Source: an uncultured Clostridium sp.
GTDB lineage: Bacteria; Bacillota; Clostridia; TANB77; CAG-508
Direction: 5' to 3'
Assembly: GCA_946497905.1 (NCBI GenBank)
Contig: CAMMMI010000001.1
Location: 1-54,139 of the forward strand
Length of the DNA: 54,139 nucleotides
Positions 1-8,554 of this stretch are shown one piece after another. The notes beneath the pieces were generated by a model. The model saw nothing but the letters and a program-made list of their open reading frames with translations. It did not search any database and was not told the DNA's origin. A program made the position numbers and the translations under genes. Every line of letters starts with the position of its first letter. Positions within the stretch are counted from its first letter, which is position 1.

Positions 1-184
1 GCGTAACTTAAAGTTTCATATTGTTTCCTATTGTATAAAAAATGCTTCGCACAACGGATGCACACAATTTTACAGAAAGCCTAAGATGAATGTTAAAAGT
101 TGTACAAATGTTAAGGCTTTCCGATTTGTTCTACAATATGAAATTAAGCATTTTTTATTGTAAAAAAATATTATAAAATCAAAA

Positions 185-216
185 TTCCAATTTTGGACGC
201 GTTCCCAAAATGGTGA
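185..216. repeat. Copy A of a GC-rich palindromic interspersed repeat (core CCAATTTTGGACGCGTyCCCAAAwTGG)
   Basis: ttccaattttggacgcgttcccaaaatggtga closely matches 43422-43451 and the reverse complement of 43336-43365 and 50128-50158. A GC-rich tail with further GTCCCC motifs runs to about 273. Confidence 0.6.
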
Positions 217-359
217 TTTTCCAGAGGTCCGTCCCCATTGTCCCGAATTTTAGGGATTAAAGGAACGTCCCCTAATAAAAAATTTTTTCAAAAAAATAAA
301 TAAAAAATTTAAAAAATAACATACTAATAATATAAAAAAATTTTTAAGGAGGATAAGAA

Positions 360-1436
360 ATGAAAAAAATTTTGAGTATATTAACAATACTAACAATACT
401 TACATTATTATTTTCATCAATACTTATTGGAAAAGTATATGCTGTACCACTAGATACAATTACTTTAGATGTAGATAAAACTACTGTAAACCCTGGGGAT
501 AATGTAACATTAAATATAAACTTTGGAAAAGTTCTAGGAGCATATACTTTTGATATTGCATATGACAATAAATTATTAGAGTATGTTAGTTGTGAAGGTG
601 GAACACCAAATGATAATGGAACAAGAGTAAGAGTAGTATTTTATGATTCAACAGGAGGAACAGCTTCAAGAAGTAATATGAGTATAAAATTTAAAGCAAA
701 AGAAGGTATAATTACTTCAAATCCAACAGATTTATCTGTTACAGCTGAAGGGATGGCAAATGCAGATGCATCAGAACAATATGATGATATAGGAGTGCCA
801 ATAGTTAAAAACATTGTGGTAGAGCCAAAATATGAAGATTATAATATAGATTTAGCCTATTCAGGAAATATTATAGAAAATGTAGAAAAAGAAATGACAT
901 TAACAATATCATCTAAACTAGGTAAAAATTACGAACATGCAAGAATTATAGCAGAAGCAACAACACCAGATGGAGGACAAGTTACATTAAAAGGAACTGA
1001 TGAACAAGATTTAGAGCATGACATCATTCAAAGTGGATGGGGAGATGCTTCTGGGTATAAAATAGGCGGCCAAGACATGAAAAAAGTTTTATCACTAAGA
1101 GGACTTTTCACTAAAGCAGGAGCTTATACAATAAAAATAAAATTAATTGATAGGGACTCATCAGATGCTGAAATAGCTAGTAAAACATTTAGCCTAACAG
1201 CAATGACAGAAGAACAAAATAACCAAACAAACAATGGAGGAACAACTGGAGAAACAAATAATGGTGAAAACCAAAATACGACAAATCCAGTAGAAGAAAA
1301 TAACACAAATACTCAAAATGAAAATTTACCAGAAACATTACCAAAAACAGGTAAAAATGTTTATATTCCAATAATTATATTAGCAATTGCATTAATTACT
1401 ACAGGAGTAGTATTACAAAGAAAAAATAAATTTTAA
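360..1436 (+). CDS. Cell-wall-anchored cohesin-domain surface protein (LPXTG-type sortase substrate)
   Basis: AAGGAGG RBS upstream of ATG. Signal peptide, then a cohesin-like module (ITLDVDKTTVNPGDNVTLNINFG...YTFDIAYDNKLLEYV) and an N/T/E-rich linker. C-terminal LPKTG motif, hydrophobic helix and RKNKF tail. Confidence 0.8.
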   Translation: MKKILSILTILTILTLLFSSILIGKVYAVPLDTITLDVDKTTVNPGDNVTLNINFGKVLGAYTFDIAYDNKLLEYVSCEGGTPNDNGTRVRVVFYDSTGGTASRSNMSIKFKAKEGIITSNPTDLSVTAEGMANADASEQYDDIGVPIVKNIVVEPKYEDYNIDLAYSGNIIENVEKEMTLTISSKLGKNYEHARIIAEATTPDGGQVTLKGTDEQDLEHDIIQSGWGDASGYKIGGQDMKKVLSLRGLFTKAGAYTIKIKLIDRDSSDAEIASKTFSLTAMTEEQNNQTNNGGTTGETNNGENQNTTNPVEENNTNTQNENLPETLPKTGKNVYIPIIILAIALITTGVVLQRKNKF

Positions 1437-1661
1437 AATAAAAACTTAATATATACAAAATGTATATAAAGCAAAACTAGGGAACTAATATTAATCTAAT
1501 TATCTTGACATAATTATATGTTCCCTTTTTGTTGTTTAATAAATACAGCTAACATTGCCTATAAACAAAAAAGTAAAATTAGCGCAAGAACATCGCTTCG
1601 CTCTAGCAAATGCATACATAAAAAGAATGCATAAAATAATTATACATAAGAGGAGTTTACA

Positions 1662-2276
1662 ATGAAAAATAAAGTTTTAAAATATTTAATTATCATTTTA
1701 ATTTTATCAATATTGTTTTTTATTTTATTCAATATACGAAAAGAAGATGTAATAAAAGAAAGCAGAACAACAGAAAAAATTGTATCAAAGACAAATATAA
1801 ATGTACAAAAAAATTTGATAGAAGAAGAACAATCCACAACAAATGAACAAACTGTGGAAAAAGAATATATAGAAACGGAATTTAAGGGATATAAAGTAAG
1901 TGCAAAATTATATATACCCAAAATTAATTTAGAAACATATGTGTTAGAACAATATAGTAAACAAGCACTTCTAACATCTGTAACAAAATTTTATGGAGGA
2001 AAACCTAATAAAGTAGGGAATTTTTGTATAGCAGGTCATAATTACGGAACACCAAACATGTTTCAAAATTTAAAAAATTTAAATATTAATGATGAAATAC
2101 TTTTAATTGATACAAATGGAAATAAAATGAAATATATAATTTATGATATTTATAAAGTATTACCAAACCAGACACAATGTTTATCTCAACAAACAAATGG
2201 ACAAGTAGAATTAACTTTAATAACATGTACATTAGATTCTGAAAAAAGAATAATTATAAAAGCAAGAAAAGAATAA
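1662..2276 (+). CDS. Sortase family transpeptidase
   Basis: N-terminal membrane anchor, catalytic His context FCIAGHN, Cys motif ELTLITCT, downstream Arg (KRIIIKARK). Lies immediately downstream of the LPKTG protein gene. Confidence 0.85.
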   Translation: MKNKVLKYLIIILILSILFFILFNIRKEDVIKESRTTEKIVSKTNINVQKNLIEEEQSTTNEQTVEKEYIETEFKGYKVSAKLYIPKINLETYVLEQYSKQALLTSVTKFYGGKPNKVGNFCIAGHNYGTPNMFQNLKNLNINDEILLIDTNGNKMKYIIYDIYKVLPNQTQCLSQQTNGQVELTLITCTLDSEKRIIIKARKE

Positions 2277-2350
2277 ATAGACTATTATAAGAAAATCCAA
2301 GAAAGGAGAAGTCGTATAACAAATATATTAGTATTATACGAATAATTAAG

Positions 2351-4652
2351 ATGAAAAAAGTATTATTATCAATATTTATATTTTTAATGATGATAATTAT
2401 TAATATAAAAACACAAGGAGCATACACGACTAATGGAATAAGCAATTTTCCAGAAAATTATAGACCTTATTTAGAAGTATTACAAAAAAAACATCCTGAA
2501 TGGAGTTTTACCGCACTATATACAGAATTAGACTGGAATTATGTAATTGATAATGAAAATGTATTTGGAAAAAATTTAGTACCAAAATCATATACAGATG
2601 AATGGAAAAACACCAAGCCAGGTGAATATAATGTTGAAGTCGATAGTGGTTGGGTAGATGCTTCCAGAAAATCTGTAGAATATGCTATGGATTCAAGAAA
2701 CTTTTTAAATGAAGTCAGGATTTTCCAATTTGAAGGATTATCATATGTAGAAAATTCAAATCAGATAAATACTATAGAAAAAATTTTATATGGGACAGAA
2801 TTTTACGATAATATTGTAAATTATATAAACACACAAGGGCAAACTATAACAATGAAAGAAAAATATTCTGACCTAATTTTACGTGCTGCGCAAACTTCAA
2901 AAGTAAGTTCATATCACCTAGCATCTAGAATAAAACAAGAAGTAGGACCTTTTTTGTCTCACTCTTCTATAAGTGGAAAAGTCTCACGGATATGAAGCAT
3001 TATATAATTTCTATAATATAGGAGCAACAAGTTCAGCTGAGCCTATGGGAGCAATAATAAATGGATTAAAATATGCAAGAGATGGGCATGGTGCAAGTGA
3101 AGCAACAAAAACAAAATATCTAATTCCATGGAATACAAAAGAAAGAGCAATTACAGGAGGAGGAATATTTATAGGATCTAGCTATATAAATATAGGACAA
3201 GATACAATATATCTACAAAAATTTCATGTTGTAGACAACAGAGGAGGAAGTTTATTTTGGCATCAATATATGACAAATGTATTAGCACCATATAGTGAGT
3301 CAAATTCAATATATAAAGGATACTTAAATAGCAATCTACTAGATACAGACATTAATTTCGTAATCCCAATATATAATAACATGCCAGAACTTCCATGCAA
3401 AAGACCAAGTATTTTAGATAAAGATTATGTACAAGATAACACAAAAGTATATGCAGATGTAACGACCACTTTAAATGTAAGAACAGGACCATCAACATCA
3501 TATGAAACTATAACAACAGTAACTAATAAAGATATAATGACAAGAATAGAAAAAGGAATTCAAAATGGAGAATTATGGGATAGAGTAGTATTAGAAAATG
3601 GTATTGTAGGATATGTTTTTCAAAATTATTTAAAAGAAGTGCCACAAGCTCAAATAGAAAAAATCACTTTATCTTTAGATAAAGATACAATAAATAAAAA
3701 TGAAAGTACAAAACTATCAATAGACATACAACCAGAAGAAGCAAAAGAACAGAAAATAGTATTTTCATCTAGCAATCCAAACATTATAAGTGTTGATCAA
3801 GAAGGAAATATATTTGGAGTAAGTTCTGGAAGTGCAGTAATAACAGCAAAAGCTGAAAATGGTATAAATGGAAATATAACTTTAAAAGTCTATTCAAAAG
3901 TGGAAGATTTACAACTAGATACTAATAATCTAATAATGCAAGAAACACAAACATATAATTTAATAGCAACAGTATATCCAGAAGATGCAAGTAATAAAAA
4001 AGTTTTATTTAGTTCATCAAATAACGATGTGGCAACAGTCAATGAAAATGGAAAAATTACAGCTCTAAAAAAAGGAACAACTAAAATTATTGCAACAACA
4101 GAAGATAGTAATATACAAAAAGATGTTAATATTAATGTAATAGAAAAAATTCCAGAAGATGAATTAAAATTTGACGAAAAATTAAATATAAATGGAAATA
4201 TAATAAGTGGTTTCAACCATTTAGACATGTCAGTAAATAATATAAAAAGATATATATCTACAATATATGGAATACAAATAGAAAATTATAAAGGAGAAAA
4301 ATTAGGGGATAATCAATTGGTAGGAACAGGTTCAAAAATAAAAATTATAAAAAACACAAGATCAAATGAAAACCAGGAAAATAGCAATGAATTAGACAGT
4401 GTCAATAATATAGATAACAAAGCAAACATATTGGCAGAATACACTGCATTACTTTATGGAGATGTTAATGGAGATGGAAAAATAAATAGTGTGGATTTAT
4501 TAGTTTTACAAAGGGATATATTACAAATACAAGAAGTAGATGAAATATTTAAAAAAGCAGGGAATATAAATAAGAATGGTAAAAAACCAACATCTGTTGA
4601 CTTACTATTAATCCAAAGGCATATTTTAGGATTGCAAATTATAGTACAATGA
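2351..4652 (+). pseudogene. Frameshifted secreted N-acetylglucosaminidase (GH73-like) with SH3-like, two Big_2-like and C-terminal dockerin modules
   Basis: ORFs 2351-2995 and 2973-4652 are N- and C-terminal parts of one enzyme. The conserved run ...ISGKVS / GYEALYNFYNIGA is broken by one extra base near 2987 (tca c gga tat gaa). Dockerin repeats: DVNGDGKINSVDLLVLQRDIL and NINKNGKKPTSVDLLLIQRHIL. Confidence 0.7.
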
Positions 4653-4749
4653 CAAGCATATAAATAAAATAGGTTTATAGGTAAACCCTAAATAAAAATC
4701 TAAATATAATTGAGGGAGATATATTATATTAATATAATATAAAGAAAAA

Positions 4750-5997
4750 ATGAAAAAAATCATATATTTTTCAATAGTAGTATTAATATTGATATTTATA
4801 TTAAGCATATCGAATAATACTTTAGCTAGCGAAAATTTAGAAATAAAAATTAGTAGTTTTGAAATAATAAAAGATGAAAATTTTAAAATATATATTAACA
4901 TAGGAAACATAGAAGTAGCATCATATCTATTAAATATAAACTATGATGATAATAAGGTAGAATATGTAAATGGTCCGGAAAATACTAATAAGCTAGACAA
5001 TAGAATTATTAGTATTTGGTTTGATGAAACAGGAGGAAATAGTCCAAAAATAAATCAAGAGATTGCAGTTTTTGAATTTAAAGCAAAAGAAATAGGAAAT
5101 ATAGATTTTAATATAGAAGGAGAATTTTTTGATAAAAATGGAAATGAAATAAAAATAAATAATCAACACATAAATGCAAAAATAGTAGAAACAAATAATG
5201 AAGTGTTAAAAAATACTCAAATTCAAGGAGAAGATAATAATTCTTTATTGAAAATTATGAGATTAGATAAAGAAGGCATTATACCAGAATTTTCACCAGA
5301 AATTAAGGATTATTATTTTATAGCAGATTCTACAATAAATAATTTAGAAGTAGTTGCAATACCAGAAGCTACAAATGCAAAGGTAAATATAAATGGAAAT
5401 AAAAATTTAAAAAATGGAATAAATAAAATAGAAATAGAAGTAACTTCGAGAGATGGAAACAGCAAAAATATTTATACAATTAATGTTAGTAAAACAGATG
5501 ATATAGAAGCGGCAAATACTAATTTAGAAACATTGGCAATAGAATATGTTACATTAGAACCATTATTTGATACAAACGTGTTGAACTATAAGGCAAGTGT
5601 TTCAAATAGTTTTAATGATCTAAATATATTAGCAGTACCAGAAAATATTAATGCAAAAATAGAAATTAACGGAAATAAAAGTTTGCAAATAGGGGATAAT
5701 TTAGTAACTATAAATGTTATTGCTCCTGATAATTTTACTGAAAAAGTTTATAAAATAATTATACACAGAAGGACAGAAGAAGAGGATAAGATTTTTGAAG
5801 ATGAACAGAATATAAATGTAGAAAAATTAAATAGTATTTTAGAGGAACAAGAAATAAATAATAATAATGATGATATGAATGGTACAAATAATTCGAATGT
5901 TTTATATATAGTTTTTGGTGTAATAGGGGTTTTATGCATTATAGGGATTATAAGTTTAATTGTGTTTAAATTTAGAAAAAAAATCAACAATAATTAG
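4750..5997 (+). CDS. Membrane-anchored cohesin-domain protein with two cadherin-like beta-sandwich repeats
   Basis: Signal peptide and cohesin-like N-terminal module (FKIYINIGNIEVASYLLNINYDDNKVEYV). Two repeats of the LxxLxxxxGxLxPxFxPxxxxY type (LLKIMRLDKEGIIPEFSPEIKDYY; LETLAIEYVTLEPLFDTNVLNYK). C-terminal TM helix plus basic tail, no LPXTG. Confidence 0.7.
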   Translation: MKKIIYFSIVVLILIFILSISNNTLASENLEIKISSFEIIKDENFKIYINIGNIEVASYLLNINYDDNKVEYVNGPENTNKLDNRIISIWFDETGGNSPKINQEIAVFEFKAKEIGNIDFNIEGEFFDKNGNEIKINNQHINAKIVETNNEVLKNTQIQGEDNNSLLKIMRLDKEGIIPEFSPEIKDYYFIADSTINNLEVVAIPEATNAKVNINGNKNLKNGINKIEIEVTSRDGNSKNIYTINVSKTDDIEAANTNLETLAIEYVTLEPLFDTNVLNYKASVSNSFNDLNILAVPENINAKIEINGNKSLQIGDNLVTINVIAPDNFTEKVYKIIIHRRTEEEDKIFEDEQNINVEKLNSILEEQEINNNNDDMNGTNNSNVLYIVFGVIGVLCIIGIISLIVFKFRKKINNN

Positions 5998-6034
5998 TAC
6001 CCTTAGATTACCTGAAAAATAAAAATAAAAAATA

Positions 6035-6070
6035 GAAACCGTTGATATATAATGAATTCAACGGTTTTTG
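6035..6070 (+). terminator. Rho-independent terminator hairpin after the cohesin gene (abuts tRNA-Arg)
   Basis: gaaaccgttga - 12 nt - tcaacggtttt followed by a T-run. Confidence 0.5.
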
Positions 6071-6147
<77 letters not shown>

Positions 6148-6212
6148 ATACAATATATTATAAAGTAAAAATAAAAAAATTTCAATAATTTTAAAAAAGT
6201 TTTCAAAAAATA

Positions 6213-6241
6213 TTGCAAAAATTAAAAAAATATGGTATATT
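6213..6241 (+). promoter_or_regulatory. Sigma-A-type promoter for tRNA-Pro
   Basis: TTGCAA - 17 nt - TATATT with TGg immediately upstream of the -10, about 18 nt before the tRNA 5' end. Confidence 0.5.
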
Positions 6242-6258
6242 AAATAAGCGATTGATTT

Positions 6259-6334
6259 CGAGGCGTAGCGCAGTTGGTAGCGCGCGTGGTTTGGGACCAT
6301 GAGGTCGCAGGTTCGATCCCTGTCGCCTCGACCA
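6259..6334 (+). tRNA. tRNA-Pro (anticodon TGG); its 3' end is the integration site of the IME
   Basis: CGAGGCG acceptor, GCGC D-stem, CGTGG/CCATG anticodon stem, loop TTTGGGA, GCAGG-TTCGATC-CCTGT T-arm, CGCCTCG-A-CCA. Confidence 0.9.
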
Positions 6335-6393
6335 GAAAAAGAGACTTTTTACAAGTCTCTTAATTTGTTTTTTGGCTATTTTAAGCCTTTTTT
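6326..6393 (+). repeat. attL (tRNA-Pro 3' end + hairpin allele A + shared 20-mer)
   Basis: CCTCGACCAGAAAAAG ... AGAGAC-N9-GTCTCT ... GGCTATTTTAAGCCTTTTTT. Confidence 0.75.
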
Positions 6394-6437
6394 CTTTTCT
6401 CAAACTTTTTCAAAATTTCTCTATATTTGTGTTACTG

Positions 6438-6488
6438 CATTCAAAATTACATTCAGATTTCTACAATTGAATGTAATAATTGCATTCA
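6438..6488. promoter_or_regulatory. Candidate integrase arm-type sites, P' arm (4 x CATTCA)
   Basis: CATTCA at 6438, 6450 and 6483 (direct) and TGAATG at 6468 (inverted), all in a WGCATTCAAA / TACATTCAG context. Confidence 0.45.
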
Positions 6489-6528
6489 AATTTTATAAGC
6501 ATATAAATATTTTTTAATTATTTAAAAT

Positions 6529-6553
6529 TAGGAAAGTACAATGTACCTTCCTA
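6529..6553 (-). terminator. Terminator of the leftward IME operon
   Basis: On the minus strand: aggaaggtac-att-gtactttcct followed by a T-rich tract, 27 nt after the ABC gene stop. Confidence 0.55.
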
Positions 6554-6579
6554 ATCGAAAAAACAGTAGATTAAATGTG

Positions 6580-8403
6580 TTAAATCTCTTTTACTAAATT
6601 AAATTCTCCAGCCTTTGCAAACTGTAAGTTTCTAAATGTGTACTCATTAGCAAGTTTACTTTTGAATCCATCAATGTTTTGGTGAGTTGAAATAATTACA
6701 ATTCGTTTTTTATCCGAGTTAGCATACCTCACAATGTACTCCAAAATTTTTTCTGCATCAGCAGAATCAGATTCCGTCTTATCATCAAGACCTGATGTAC
6801 ATTCATCCAAAACAATAACATCAATTTCATCATCTAACCAGTATAGCATCTTTGCAAGAATAAGTCTCTGTTTCTGTCCATTTGAAAGCGACTGCTCAAA
6901 TTGTTTTTCTTTCATCCATTTCCATACATCAAAGCAATTAGATTTTATTTCACACCACAAATGGAGATTCTCTAAAATCTTTTGCATTTTTGCAAGATCT
7001 GGATTCTCATTACAACAGAACAGCTCTTCAAAAATACTCAAACTACCAAACTTCAACTTTTCATCATAGAACAAAAATCGTGATGTCGAGGGTATCTCTG
7101 TACTCTTTTCCAATCTGATTCTTTCGGTTAACATCTTCATAAATGTCGATTTACCACTACCAGATGGTCCGTACAGAATAACAACCTCTCCGTTATTAAT
7201 GTGTATCTGCTTTTTTGAAATTAATGTGAAAGGTTTATCGTTCTCGGATTCCTCCAAATACTGAATCGAGAATGGATTTATTCTTATATTGTCAACAATT
7301 TTAGGTATAGAAACCTTTGCAGATTCATTATGATACACATCTAAAATTAATGACATATCCTTTTCTTCTTTTTCCAGTATGATTAACCTTTCATTGTGAT
7401 TGTTCAAAGTTTCAGCAATTCTGCTAATCTGTCCTAATGCTGTTTCAACAATCAGAAGTGTTGCAGTAATTTCTGTTATAGTAGCTAAATTGATACTACT
7501 CCACTCGACTCCTAACAGATAGAATATTATAATTCCATACTGACTAAGTGCTTCCATTATTGTTACAAATAATCTCGACAAATTCATCTTCTTGTGGAAC
7601 TTTGTAACATTCTCATTGCTCGCAATAACAGTCTTTTGAAATTTATTGATTCTCATATCCAAGTCATCTTTGACAATTACAGGAACACGAAGTAAATCAT
7701 TTACTATCAAAGACTGTTCGTTGTTATACTCTCTGTGTTTCTTATAATATGCTTCTCTATTCAAACTAATATATGCTGAACTAAAGAAAGAAATAAGCAC
7801 AAATATGAAAATCAGAGGAATAAAAACAACTTGTGAAATAGATGTGTTGGTTATTATGGCTACAGCTAGCATAATTATTACACTAATCATTTCAAATACA
7901 TCAAATGTATGTTGAATTTTCTGTCGCCACAGATTTTGCAAATAGTTCTTAATAGTATTTAACACCGATTCATTGCTCATTACTTTATACAATTTATTTG
8001 ATGTGTTATACTTCAAAACCTTATTTGCTGTCTTGCCGATGATTTGACTACCTCTGAATACAATTTCATCCTCAAAAATGAGTTCAAATTTCTTGTTTTC
8101 AGAGCTTTCAAAAAGATAAAATGCTTCCCTTACAACTTGCTGCCCACGATATAACATAAATAATATGATTCCAAGCAAAATCAACCTGTACTCAATCATC
8201 ATGTTTGTCGCTTTAAGCATAAATGCAAAAACAAGGGCGATTACGGTCATTCCCAGATTCATGAAACCCACTTTAAATCCCATCCGCTTTACACTTTCAG
8301 GAATAATGAGCATCTCATCTGATAAACCATATGGCTTGAAGAACTTAATAATGAGATTTATCACCTCCCGAATTAAATTTTTCAATTTTTCCTGTCCTTT
8401 CAT
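6580..8403 (-). CDS. ABC half-transporter-like protein (N-terminal multi-TM domain fused to an ABC ATPase); IME cargo
   Basis: Several hydrophobic helices in about aa 40-330. Walker A GPSGSGKST, signature LSNGQKQR, Walker B VIVLDECTSGLD, H-loop STHQ. Confidence 0.8.
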   Translation of the reverse strand: MKGQEKLKNLIREVINLIIKFFKPYGLSDEMLIIPESVKRMGFKVGFMNLGMTVIALVFAFMLKATNMMIEYRLILLGIILFMLYRGQQVVREAFYLFESSENKKFELIFEDEIVFRGSQIIGKTANKVLKYNTSNKLYKVMSNESVLNTIKNYLQNLWRQKIQHTFDVFEMISVIIMLAVAIITNTSISQVVFIPLIFIFVLISFFSSAYISLNREAYYKKHREYNNEQSLIVNDLLRVPVIVKDDLDMRINKFQKTVIASNENVTKFHKKMNLSRLFVTIMEALSQYGIIIFYLLGVEWSSINLATITEITATLLIVETALGQISRIAETLNNHNERLIILEKEEKDMSLILDVYHNESAKVSIPKIVDNIRINPFSIQYLEESENDKPFTLISKKQIHINNGEVVILYGPSGSGKSTFMKMLTERIRLEKSTEIPSTSRFLFYDEKLKFGSLSIFEELFCCNENPDLAKMQKILENLHLWCEIKSNCFDVWKWMKEKQFEQSLSNGQKQRLILAKMLYWLDDEIDVIVLDECTSGLDDKTESDSADAEKILEYIVRYANSDKKRIVIISTHQNIDGFKSKLANEYTFRNLQFAKAGEFNLVKEI

Positions 8404-8554
8404 GTGCTTTTCCTCCTTAATTATATGTGATAGAAAAAATTTTTTACAAAGGTATGTACCTCATACTTTTATTATAGCATATTTACATAATATTTTCTAT
8501 AATTATCCAAAAAATACAACAATTGGGTTCATCTCAAAGTCATTATATTTTTAT

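Noticed and set aside
45-57. Recurring short GC-rich motif CTTCGC(N2)AACG at 45-57, ~1596-1606, 46981-46995 (minus) and 54111-54123
   Set aside because: Only 6-11 nt are shared and the flanks do not align by eye. In an AT-rich genome this may still be meaningful, but I cannot distinguish it from chance without a genome-wide count.
185-275. Riboswitch (for example c-di-GMP) or other cis-regulatory RNA upstream of the cohesin gene
   Set aside because: The GGACGC-containing hairpin belongs to a repeat family also found at 43.3 and 50.1 kb at gene 3' ends, and it lacks GEMM-type GCAAA motifs.
6203-6517. ORF-track ORFs 6203-6403 (-) and 6299-6517 (+)
   Set aside because: They overlap tRNA-Pro and the att/arm region, have no SD, and give low-complexity translations.
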